Assembly (NCBI GenBank): GCA_002269645.1 | Contig: NIVC01000732.1 | Span: forward strand, 62,001-126,000 | DNA: 64,000 nucleotides | Reading direction: 5' to 3' | Origin: Macrostomum lignano | Taxonomy: Eukaryota | Shown: positions 1 to 12,000 of the stretch, piece after piece | How the letters are laid out: every line of letters begins with the position of its first letter | How positions within the stretch are numbered: the first letter of the stretch is position 1 | Program-made: the position numbers and the translations under genes | Notes under the pieces: model-generated | What the model saw: only the letters and a program-made list of their open reading frames with translations | Told to the model about the DNA's origin: nothing | Databases searched by the model: none

Positions 1-41
1 ATGTGCGCCTAAAGTAAACTAAAAAACACCTGGCAGTTTAC

Positions 42-3000
42 CTGGCCGGTATTGCGGGCCCTCTCCATCACGAGCGTCTCAAGCTTAACGTAGCTCTCAG
101 GCACCATCTGGCCCATCACGTGATGGCCCTTGACCTTGAAGGCTTCAAGTGCCGATTGGATAACTGTACGAAGTCGTTCAACGCTAGCATTGTCCCTGAT
201 TGCGTTGACCTCAACGTATTCGACAATCTCCGGGAAGCCTGGTCGACGAATCATTGTCTCGATTCTTGTTCGAATATTCGCGATGATCGTGTCCCGGTTC
301 GGGCCGCTGGACGGCAGGGTGTCGGCGTGGGTGCCGACGCAGATGACAGGACAGGCCGGGGCCTGGGCTTTGATGTTCACCAGCCAGGGCTTCAGTCGGC
401 GGAGCTCGGCGTCGCAGCCTTCCACTGTGAAGCAGGACTGGATTTCAGGTAGGTTGAGGTTGGGTTTCAGGTAGGGGTTGCAGTTGGGTTTCAGGTAGGT
501 TGTAGTTGGGTTTCAGGTAGGGGTTGCAGTTGGGTTTCAGGTAGGTTGAGGTTGGGTTTCAGGTAGGTTGTAGTTGGGTTTCAGGTAGGTTGCAGTTGGG
601 TTTCAGGTAGGTTTCTAGTGGGTTCAAGGTAGGTTGAAGTTGGGTTTCAGGTAGGTTGTAGTTGGGTTTGAGGTAGGTTGCAGTTGAGTTTCAAGTAGGT
701 TGAAGTTGGGTTTCAGGTAGGTTGCAGTTGGGTTTCAGGTAGGTTGCAGTTGGGTTTAAGGTAGGTTGAAGTTGGGTTTTAGGTAGTTTGAGGTTGGGAT
801 TCAGGTAGGTTGATGTTGGGTTCAAGGTAAGTTTCTAGTGGGTTTCAGGTAGGTTTCTAGTGGGTTTCAGGTAGGTTTCTAGTGGATTTCAGGTAGCTTG
901 AAGTTGGGTTTCAGCTAGGTTGAGGTTGGGTTTCAGGTAGTTTGAAGTTGGGTTGCAGTTGGGTTTCAGGTAGGTTAAAGGTGGGTTGTAGGTAGGTTGG
1001 TGCTGGCTATCAATAGCAAATGGATTTCGGTTAGATCTCGGTACAGAGTTCATAGATTGGTTTTTAAGTTCCTTAGGATTCGAATCAATTACGCACTATA
1101 TTGCAATAGCCACATTTACCTGCAGGCTATAGATCAGCAGGTAGATGGCTCGCTGCGACAGAAAGCACTGATGGGTGGCGTAGAACTCTTCTTGGCCGGC
1201 AAAGTCCCAGCAGCTCAGCTGGTAGGTCACCCACTTCTGCTTGCGGTGGTAGCAGCGGAACCTTGGTTCATGGAGAGGTTGCTGGGCTGTTAGAAGTTAG
1301 AATAAACATTGGTGCACAAAGAAAATGGTGTCTTGAGATTAAACATCTGCACACCTTTGGAACATACCAAAAATACATTTACATACCACGAAGAATAACT
1401 GAGAGTACAGACACTTACTGAGTCATCAGGGAGGGTACAGATACTGAGTCATCAGGGAGGGAGCAGATACTCAGTGAGTCATCAGGAAGGGTGTACTCAG
1501 TGAGTCATCGGGGAGGGTACAGATTCTCACTGAAGCGTCAGGGAGGGTACAGATACTGAAGCGTCAGGGAGGGTACAGATACTCACTGAGTCATCAGGGA
1601 GGGTACAGATACTCACTGAGTCATCAGGGAGGGTACAGATACCCAGAGTCATCAAGGAGGGTACAGATACCCAGAGTCATCAAGGAGGGTACAGATACCC
1701 ACTGAGTCATCAGGGAGGGTACAGATACTCACTGAGTCATCATACCTACTGAAGAGTCGGGGAGGCTATGGATACCTGCTAAAATACCAGGGCTACTCAC
1801 GACCACGGCGTGACGGCGATGCCCACGGTCGGCGGCGACTGTCTCTCGGGCTGTTTCAGCTTCATCAGCGCCCGCAAGAGGCTGGTCTTGCCCCGGCCGC
1901 CGAACCCGACCAGCATGAGCTTCATCCGATAGTGACTCACGGACTTATTCAGCTTCTGATGAAAGTAGCCTACGAGGTCCTTGGTTCGACCTCGGATAAG
2001 CGAAGCGTCGAGCGAGAGCTTCAAACCGTCTAGTGGCATCTCCCACAGTTTGGACAGGTTGCCGATCTCGTCTGGCAGGCTGGTGAGGTTGGGGTTGTGG
2101 CTCAGGTCCAAGGAGGCCAGCGACTCCAACTGGCCAATGCCTTTGTGCAGCTGAGGGGTCGCGAGCGGGGAGTGAATGACTGATTGGTTTGGATTGACAG
2201 GTGCTAAACTGATTGATTGGTCTGGATTGACAGGCGCTAAACTGATTGATTGGTCTGGATTGACAGGTGCTAAAAACTGATTGATTGGTCTGGATTGACA
2301 GGTGTTGAACTGATTGATTGGTCTGGATTGACAGGTGCTAAACTGATTGATTGGTCTGGATTGACAGGTGCTAAAAACTGATTGATTGGTCTGGATTGAC
2401 AGGTGTTGAACTGATTGATTGGTCTGGATTGACAGGTGCTAAAAACTGATTGATTGGTCTGGATTGACAGGTGCTAAACTGATTGATTGGTCTGGATTGA
2501 CAGGTGCTAAAAACTGATTGATTGGTCTGGATTGACAGGCGCTAAACTGATTGATTGAGCTGGATTGACAGGTGTTGAACTGATTGATTGGTTTGGATTG
2601 ACAGGTGCTAAAAACTGATTGATTGGTCTGGATTGACAGGTGCTAAACTGATTGATTGGTCTGGATTGACAGGTGCTAAACTGATTGATCTGGATTGACA
2701 GGTGCTAAACTGATTGATTGGTCTGGATTGACAGGTGCTAAACTGATTGATTGGTCTGGATTGACAGGTGTTGAACTGATTGATTGGTCTGGATTGACAG
2801 GTGTTGAACTGATTGATTGGTCTGGATTGACAGGTGCTAAACTGATTGATTGGTCTGGATTGACAGGTGCTAAACTGATTGATCTGGATTGACAGGTGCT
2901 AAACTGATTGATTGGTCTGGATTGACAGGTGCTAAACTGATTGATCTGGATTGACAGGTGCTAAACTGATTGGTCTGGATTGACAGGTGCTAAACTGATT

Positions 3001-6000
3001 GATTGATCTGGATTGACAGGTGCTAAACTGATTGATTGATCTGGATTGACAGGTGTTGAACTGATTGATTGGTCTGGATTGAAAGGCGCTAAACTGATTG
3101 ATTGAGCTGGATTGACAGGTGTTGAACTGATTGATTGGTCTGGATTGACAGGCGCTAAACTGATTGATTGAGCTGGATTGACAGGTGTTGAACTGATTGA
3201 TTGGTTTGGATTGACAGGTGCTAAAAACTGATTGATTGGTTTGGATTGACAGGCGCTAAACTGATTGATTGAGCTGGATTGACAGGTGTTGAACTGATTG
3301 ATTGGTTTGGATTGACAGGTGCTAAAAACTGATTGATTGGTTTGGATTGACAGGTGCTAAAAACTGATTGATTGGTCTGGATTGACAGGTGCTAAACTAA
3401 TTGATTGGTCTGGATTGACAGGTGCTAAAAACTGATTGATTGGTCTGGATTGACAGGTGCTAAACTGATTGATTGGTCTGGATTGACAGGTGCTAAAAAC
3501 TGATTGATTGGTTTGGATTGACAGGTGCTAAACTGATTGATTGGTTTGGATTGACAGGTGCTAAACTGATTGATTGGTCTGGATTGACAGGTGCTAAACT
3601 GATTGATTGATCTGGATTGACAGGCGCTAAACTGATTGATTGAGCTGGATTGACAGGTGTTGAACTGATTGATTGGTCTGGATTGAAAGGCGCTAAACTG
3701 ATTGATTGAGCTGGATTGACAGGTGTTGAACTGATTGATTGGTCTGGATTGACAGGCGCTAAACTGATTGATTGAGCTGGATTGACAGGTGTTGAACTGA
3801 TTGATTGGTTTGGATTGACAGGTGCTAAAAACTGATTGATTGGTTTGGATTGACAGGTGCTAAACTGATTGATTGGTCTGGATTGACAGGTGCTAAACTG
3901 ATTGATTGGTCTGGATTGACAGGTGCTAAACTGATTGATTGATCTGGATTGACAGGCGCTAAACTGATTGATTGAGCTGGATTGACAGGTGTTGAACTGA
4001 TTGATTGGTCTGGATTGAAAGGCGCTAAACTGATTGATTGAGCTGGATTGACAGGTGTTGAACTGATTGATTGGTCTGGATTGACAGGCGCTAAACTGAT
4101 TGATTGAGCTGGATTGACAGGTGTTGAACTGATTGATTGGTTTGGATTGACAGGTGCTAAAAACTGATTGATTGGTTTGGATTGACAGGTGCTAAAAACT
4201 GATTGATTGGTCTGGATTGACAGGTGCTAAACTAATTGATTGGTCTGGATTGACAGGTGCTAAACTGATTGATTGGTCTGGATTGACAGGTGCTAAAAAC
4301 TGATTGATTGGTCTGGATTGACAGGTGCTAAACTGATTGATTGGTCTGGATTGACAGGTGCTGAACTGATTGATTGGTCTGGATTGACAGGTGCTAAACT
4401 GATTGATTGGTCTGGATTGACAGGTGCTGAACTGATTGATTGGTCTGGATTGACAGGTGCTAAACTGATTGATTGGTCTGGATTGACAGGTGCTAAACTG
4501 ATTGATTGGTCTGGATTGACAGGTGCTAAAAACTGATTGATTGGTCTGGATTGACAGGTGCTAAACTAATTGATTGGTCTGGATTGACAGGTGCTAAACT
4601 GATGCATTAGCCTTGACTCTTGATTGACAGCAGATTTAATAACATAAAGCTCACAGTCTTGATTTCGTTATAAGCCAGACTGAATCGCTCAAGTGTTTTG
4701 GACCACCGATCGCCGCCGTTGAGATTGACAGAGTCGATTCTATTGTGCGACAGGTCGATTTCTCTGAGCACAGCGGAGGCCCAGTTCTTTGGCGACGGGA
4801 ACTGATCGATGCTGTTGTAGCTGAGGTCGATGCTTTTTAGTCTGCAAGTTGTAAAAATTTTCATAGTTTCGCATATTACAGAGGTAATCAATGAATTTTA
4901 GTAGGTTTCTGAACAGCCGATGTTCCAAGGACAACTAAGAATTGTCCCAAGGTTATTGGGCTTCTAAGGATTTCCCAAGGTCATTAGGGTTAGGGATTTC
5001 CTGAGTTCATTACGGTTAGGGATTTCCCAAGATCATTAGGGTTAGAGATGTTCCAAGGTCATTAGGGTTAGGGATTTTCTGAGTTCATTACGGTTAGGGA
5101 TTTCCTGAGTTCATTACGGTTAGGGATTTCCCAAGATCATTAGGGTTAGAGATGTTCCAAGGTCATTAGAGTTAGTGATATCCTAAGGTTATTACGATTA
5201 GGGATTTTCCAAGGTCATCAAGGTTAGGGATGCGCCAAGGTCATTAGAGGCAGGATTTTCCACGGCATAAAAATTGGAATTCGCAAGGTCATTAGTTATT
5301 TTGTAATTTTGAAAAGACTGTACGGTTTATCAACGGCACGATTTTTTAACGTCATGATCGGTAGGATTTTTCATGTTCATTACGCTCGTAGATGCAGGAT
5401 TCCATAAAATCAATTTATTTTCAGAATCCAGAGGTCACTCTCACTCAAGTCTAGCTCTCTCTAAGGCCACTAGAAACGATATTTCCCTATCTCAATCAAG
5501 TCTCACATGCTAAGCTCGAGTACAAATGAAGGCACTGATAGCGGGTCCTTGGCCCCAAGCTGGTTGTTGCTGAGTCGCACGGTGCTCAGGTGGTAGAGCT
5601 TGCGCGATGTCTCAGGCGTCGGTAGAACTTCTGCAATGGAGGCAAATTATGGGGGGCGCCATTTCATTTGATTGGGGCGCCATTTCATTTGATTGGGGCG
5701 CCATTTCATTTGATGGGGCCGCCATTTCATTTAATGGGGCGCCATTTTATTTGACTGGGGCGCCATTTCATTTGATGGGGGCGCCATGGACGAAATTTTG
5801 GAAATAAAACGCACCGTTTGAGACAGTCAACTTTACCAGTGCAAGACAAACTGCCTCTCACCCAACTCAAGCAAGACAAACTGTCTCTCACCCAACTCTA
5901 GCAAGACAAACTGTCTCTCACCCAACTCTAGCAAGACAAACTGTCTCTCACCCAACTCAAGCAAGACAAACTGTCTCTCACCCAACTCAAGCAAGACAAA

Positions 6001-9000
6001 CTGTCTCTCACCCAACTCAAGCAAGACAAACTGTCTCTCACCCAACTCAAGCAAGACAAACTGTCTCTCACCCAACTCCAGCAAGACAAACTGTCTCTCA
6101 CCCAACTCAAGCAAGACAAACTGTCTCTCACCCAACTCAAGCAAGACAAACTGTCTCTCACCCAACTCCAGCAAGAAAAACTGTCTCTCACCCAACTCAA
6201 GCAAGACAAACTGTCTCTCACCCAACTCCAGCAAGACAAACTGTCTCTCACCCAACTCCAGCAAGACAAACTGTCTCTCACCCAACTCCAGCAAGACAAA
6301 CTGTCTCTCACCCAACTCAAGCAAGACAAACTGTCTCTCACCCAACTCCAGCAAGACAAACTGTCTCTCACCCAACTCAAGCAAGACAAACTGTCTCTCA
6401 CCCAACTCCAGCAAAACAAACTGTCTCTCACCCAACTCAAGCAAGACAAACTGTCTCTCACCCAACTCAAGCAAGACAAACTGCCTCTCACCCAACTCTA
6501 GCAAGACAAACTGTCTCTCACCCAACTCAAGCAAGACAAACTGCCTCTCACCCAACTCAAGCAAGACAAACTGTCTCTCACCCAACTCAAGCAAGACAAA
6601 CTGTCTCTCACCCAACTCCAGCAAGACAAACTGTCTCTCACCCAACTCAAGCAAGACAAACTGTCTCTCACCCAACTCAAGCAAGACAAACTGTCTCTCA
6701 CCCAACTCAAGCAAGACAAACTGTCTCTCACCCAACTCAAGCAAGACAAACTGTCTCTCACCCAAATCCAGCAAGAAAAACTGTCTCTCACCCAACTCTA
6801 GCAAGACAAACTGTCTCTCACCCAACTCTAGCAAGACAAACTGTCTCTCACCCAACTCAAGCAAGACAAACTGTCTCTCACCCAACTCCAGCAAGACAAA
6901 CTGTCTCTCACCCAACTCAAGCAAGACAAACTGTCTCTCACCCAACTCCAGCAAGACAAACTGTCTCTCACCCAACTCAAGCAAGACAAACTGTCTCTCA
7001 CCCAACTCAAGCAAGACAAACTGTCTCTCACCCAACTCAAGCAAGACAAACTGTCTCTCACCCAACTCCAGCAAGACAAACTGTCTCTCACCCAACTCAA
7101 GCAAGACAAACTGTCTCTCACCCAAATCCAGCAAGACAAACTGTCTCTCACCCAACTCCAGCAAGACAAACTGTCTCTCACCCAACTCTAGCAAGACAAA
7201 CTGTCTCTCACCCAAATCCAGCAAGAAAAACTGTCTCTCACCCAACTCTAGCAAGACAAACTGTCTCTCACCCAACTCTAGCAAGACAAACTGTCTCTCA
7301 CCCAACTCAAGCAAGACAAACTGTCTCTCACCCAACTCCAGCAAGACAAACTGTCTCTCACCCAACTCAAGCAAGACAAACTGTCTCTCACCCAACTCCA
7401 GCAAGACAAACTGTCTCTCACCCAACTCAAGCAAGACAAACTGTCTCTCACCCAACTCAAGCAAGACAAACTGTCTCTCACCCAACTCTAGCAAGACAAA
7501 CTGTCTCTCACCCAACTCAAGCAAGACAAACTGTCTCTCACCCAACTCTAGCAAGACAAACTGTCTCTCACCCAACTCAAGCAAGACAAACTGTCTCTCA
7601 CCCAACTCCAGCAAGACAAACTGTCTCTCACCCAACTCAAGCAAGACAAACTGTCTCTCACCCAACTCAAGCAAGACAAACTGTCTCTCACCCAACTCCA
7701 GCAAGACAAACTGTCTCTCACCCAACTCAAGCAAGACAAACTGTCTCTCACCCAACTCAAGCAAGACAAACTGTCTCTCACCCAACTCAAGCAAGACAAA
7801 CTGTCTCTCACCCAACTCCAGCAAGACAAACTGTCTCTCACCCAACTCAAGCAAGACAAACTGTCTCTCACCCAAATCCAGCAAGACAAACTGTCTCTCA
7901 CCCAACTCCAGCAAGACAAACTGTCTCTCACCCAACTCTAGCAAGACAAACTGTCTCTCACCCAAATCCAGCAAGAAAAACTGTCTCTCACCCAACTCTA
8001 GCAAGACAAACTGTCTCTCACCCAACTCTAGCAAGACAAACTGTCTCTCACCCAACTCAAGCAAGACAAACTGTCTCTCACCCAACTCCAGCAAGACAAA
8101 CTGTCTCTCACCCAACTCAAGCAAGACAAACTGTCTCTCACCCAACTCCAGCAAGACAAACTGTCTCTCACCCAACTCAAGCAAGACAAACTGTCTCTCA
8201 CCCAACTCAAGCAAGACAAACTGTCTCTCACCCAACTCAAGCAAGACAAACTGTCTCTCACCCAACTCCAGCAAGACAAACTGTCTCTCACCCAACTCAA
8301 GCAAGACAAACTGTCTCTCACCCAACTCAAGCAAGACAAACTGTCTCTCACCCAACTCAAGCAAGACAAACTGTCTCTCACCCAACTCAAGCAAGACAAA
8401 CTGTCTCTCACCCAACTCAAGCAAGACAAACTGTCTCTCACCCAACTCCAGCAAGACAAACTGTCTCTCACCCAACTCAAGCAAGACAAACTGTCTCTCA
8501 CCCAACTCAAGCAAGACAAACTGTCTCTCACCCAACTCAAGCAAGACAAACTGTCTCTCACCCAACTCAAGCAAGACAAACTGTCTCTCACCCAACTCCA
8601 GCAAGACAAACTGTCTCTCACCCAACTCCAGCAAGACAAACTGTCTCTCACCCAACTCCAGCAAGACAAACTGTCTCTCACCCAACTCCAGCAAGACAAA
8701 CTGTCTCTCACCCAACTCCAGCAAGACAAACTGTCTCTCACCCAACTCCAGCAAGACAAACTGTCTCTCACCCAACTCCAGCAAGACAAACTGTCTCTCA
8801 CCCAACTCCAGCAAGACAAACTGTCTCTCACCCAACTCAAGCAAGACAAACTGTCTCTCACCCAACTCCAGCAAGACAAACTGTCTCTCACCCAACTCAA
8901 GCAAGACAAACTGTCTCTCACCCAACTCAAGCAAGACAAACTGTCTCTCACCCAACTCCAGCAAGACAAACTGTCTCTCACCCAACTCCAGCAAGACAAA

Positions 9001-12000
9001 CTGTCTCTCACCCAACTCAAGCAAGACAAACTGTCTCTCACCCAACTCAAGCAAGACAAACTGTCTCTCACCCAACTCAAGCAAGACAAACTGTCTCTCA
9101 CCCAACTCCAGCAAAACAAACTGTCTCTCACCCAACTCAAGCAAGACAAACTGTCTCTCACCCAACTCAAGCAAGACAAACTGTCTCTCACCCAACTCAA
9201 GCAAGACAAACTGTCTCTCACCCAACTCCAGCAAGACAAACTGTCTCTCACCCAACTCCAGCAAGACAAACTGTCTCTCACCCAACTCAAGCAAGACAAA
9301 CTGTCTCTCACCCAACTCTAGCAAGACAAACTGTCTCTCACCCAACTCAAGCAAGACAAATTGTCTCTCACCCAACTCAAGCAAGACAAACTGTCTCTCA
9401 CCCAACTCGTTGCACGAGGCGTCGAACTCCTCCAGATTGGTCAAGCAGCCGAGGAACTCATCCGGCACAGCTCTGATGTAGTTGCTAGCCAAGCTGAGGC
9501 ATCGCAGTCGCTTCAACTGCAGCGGAGCCGGCTCCAGCTCGCCAATTCGATTGCCATTCAGCATGAGCCTCTCCAGGCCGTACAGGTTTTCTAGGAAACG
9601 CATCGGCACCGACCGGAGCTTATTACGCGACAGCAGCAGCTCGCGCAGGGTGAACACTGCGCCAACCCATTGTAGGCGCTCTTCGCGCAGCTCCACAATG
9701 TCGTTATCGGACACGTCCAAGTACTCGAGCCGGCAGCAGGTGATCAGCTCGTACGGGAACTCAATCAATCGATTGCCATTGAGCTCAACGTGAGCCAGAT
9801 TGCTCAGAAACTGGAACACACCCTGCGGCAGGCGCGTCAACTTATTATTAGCCAACGATAGGCGATTCAGAAATGCCAGTGACACTTGAAGGTCAATGTC
9901 GGCAGCGATACAGGCCAGCGAGTCCACGTCCGGGATGCAGTTGGCCGACAGGTCGATCAGGCGCAACTGCTCCGGGCGGGCTGACGGCTTGAAGGCGCCG
10001 ATGTGGACAGCTGTGTTCGACCGCAGCTGCCGCGCCCGCGGGTCTCGCAGCAGTCGCCGATGCCGGCGCACTTTGACGACACTGTCGCTGTGGTCGCCAC
10101 CGCCGCAGCCGCCAGAGTCCTCTGAAGTTCCAGCTTCAAGCAGCAACCGTCGACCTCGATGCCGACCAGCGTCCTCGCTGAAATCGGTGGTCTCGTCGTC
10201 GAAGCATTCCTCGTCGCCACATATCGATTCATCTACCTCGTCGCCAATTTCGTCGTCATCGTCATCGTTGTCGTCGTCGACATCATCGACGTCGTAGTCG
10301 TCGTCATCGTCTTCGCCGTTGGGATTCTCAGAGACGGCAACAGCGGCGGAGGCGTCGCAGGCGGCAGCGTCGGCGTCGGCGCATCTGCAGGTCGGTTAGT
10401 TGAGGAAAACAAATATTGTTGGGCGACATCGTCCCGCACACACGACCAGCACCGAGGCGATTCTGCCCATTCCGCAGACAAACGCGCCAATGCTGTAACC
10501 ACTCACACACGCTCACACAGGCTGCGAATCGCACGACAAGCGCACAAAATGTTACACGAGGGTCAAACCTTGCTCACCTGAGCAGGTAGCTGCCACGCCG
10601 AACCTCCAAGTTGTTGCCGGCAGCAGGCTGCTGCTCCACCTGTCGATGCCGCGGTCGCTGCTTGGGATGCGGCAGGCGTAGTCTGGGATCCAGCTGGCTG
10701 TAGGGCAGATTAGAGCTGGACAGAGTGCTCTGATAGAACTCCTGCAGCTCGCCTTCAACTGGCTGGAATTGAATGTCGCTTGTCGAGTAGCTGGCTGGGC
10801 CGGACGGCACCTCCGAGGTGGAAGCGGCGGCAGCGACGCCGGCTACAGCCGCGTCGGGATCTGACCGGATCGTGTCGCTACGCTTGCGGAACTGCTCAAT
10901 CTGGCTGGCGAGCACCTCGGGCGCGAGGGTTCGGCGACGATCTCGACTGTTGCTTTTGGCCGACGCGTTCGAGGCGGAGGCTGCTGAGGAGTCGGCGCCG
11001 TCAGAGAGTTTCTTCTTGCCCGGTTGTGTGTCCTGAAAATAGTTTTTCTGCTGCAAATGTTTTAAGCCTGTAGATCTGAGTTTTCTCATAGCTGTGGGCA
11101 AAAGCTCAGCTCAAACTGCCGTGGTTTGTGCCCCGTTTGTCTCTCCCTGCGTCTCCCTCTCCGTCTCTCCCTGCGTCTCCCTCTCCGTCTCTCCCTGCGT
11201 CTCCCTCTCCGTCTCCCTCTCCGTCTCTCCCTGCGTCTCCCTCTCCGTCTCTCCCTGCGTCTCCCTCTCCGTCTCTCCCTGCGTCTCCCGCTCCGTCTCT
11301 CCCTGCGTCTCCCGCTCCGTCTCTCCCTGCGTCACTCCCTCCGTCTCCTTCCCCGTCTCTCCGAGTCTCCCCCTGTCTCCCTCTCCGTCACTGTCTCCCC
11401 TCACTCACTGTCTCCCTCTCCGTCACTGTCTCCCCTCACTCACTGTCTCCCCTCCCTCACTGTCTCCCCTCCCTCACTGTCTCCCCTTCCTCACTGTCTC
11501 CCCTCCCTCACTGTCTCCCCTTCCTCACTATCTCCCCTTCCTCACTATCTCCCCTCCCTCACTGTCTCCCCTCCCTCACTGTCTCCCCTTCCTCACTGTC
11601 TCCCCTCCCTCACTGTCTCCCCTTCCTCACTGTCTCCCCTCCCTCACTGTCTCGCTTCCCTCACTGTCTCCCCTTCCTCACTATCTCCCCTCCCTCACTA
11701 TCTCCCCTCCCTCACTGTCTCCCCTCTCTCACTGTCTCCCTTCTCTCACTGTCTCCCCTCTCTCACTGTCTCCCCTCTCTCACTGTCTCCCCTCTCTCAC
11801 TGTCTCCCCTCTCTCACTGTCTCCCTTCTCTCACTGTCTCCCTTCTCTCACTGTCTCCCCTCTCTCACTGTCTCCCCTCTCTCACTGTCTCCCCTCTCTC
11901 ACTGTCTCCCCTCTCTCACTGTCTCCCCTCCTCACTATCTCCCTTCCCTCACTGTCTCCCCTTCCTCACTGTCTCCCCTCACTCACTGTCTCCCCTCTCT

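Noticed and set aside
441-997. CAG|GTAG fused splice motif on the plus strand of the 22-bp array (also in the 47-bp array)
   Set aside because: Antisense to the host genes, with no evidence of a plus-strand transcript or exon-like ORF.
4945-5260. Interstitial telomere (TTAGGG)
   Set aside because: Only one or two TTAGGG per 26-bp unit, with no (TTAGGG)n tract.
5928-9311. RDSLSCLSWV-type ORFs in the second minus-strand frame of the 30-bp array
   Set aside because: Repeatedly broken by TAG from the CTA variant; a by-product of the repeat.
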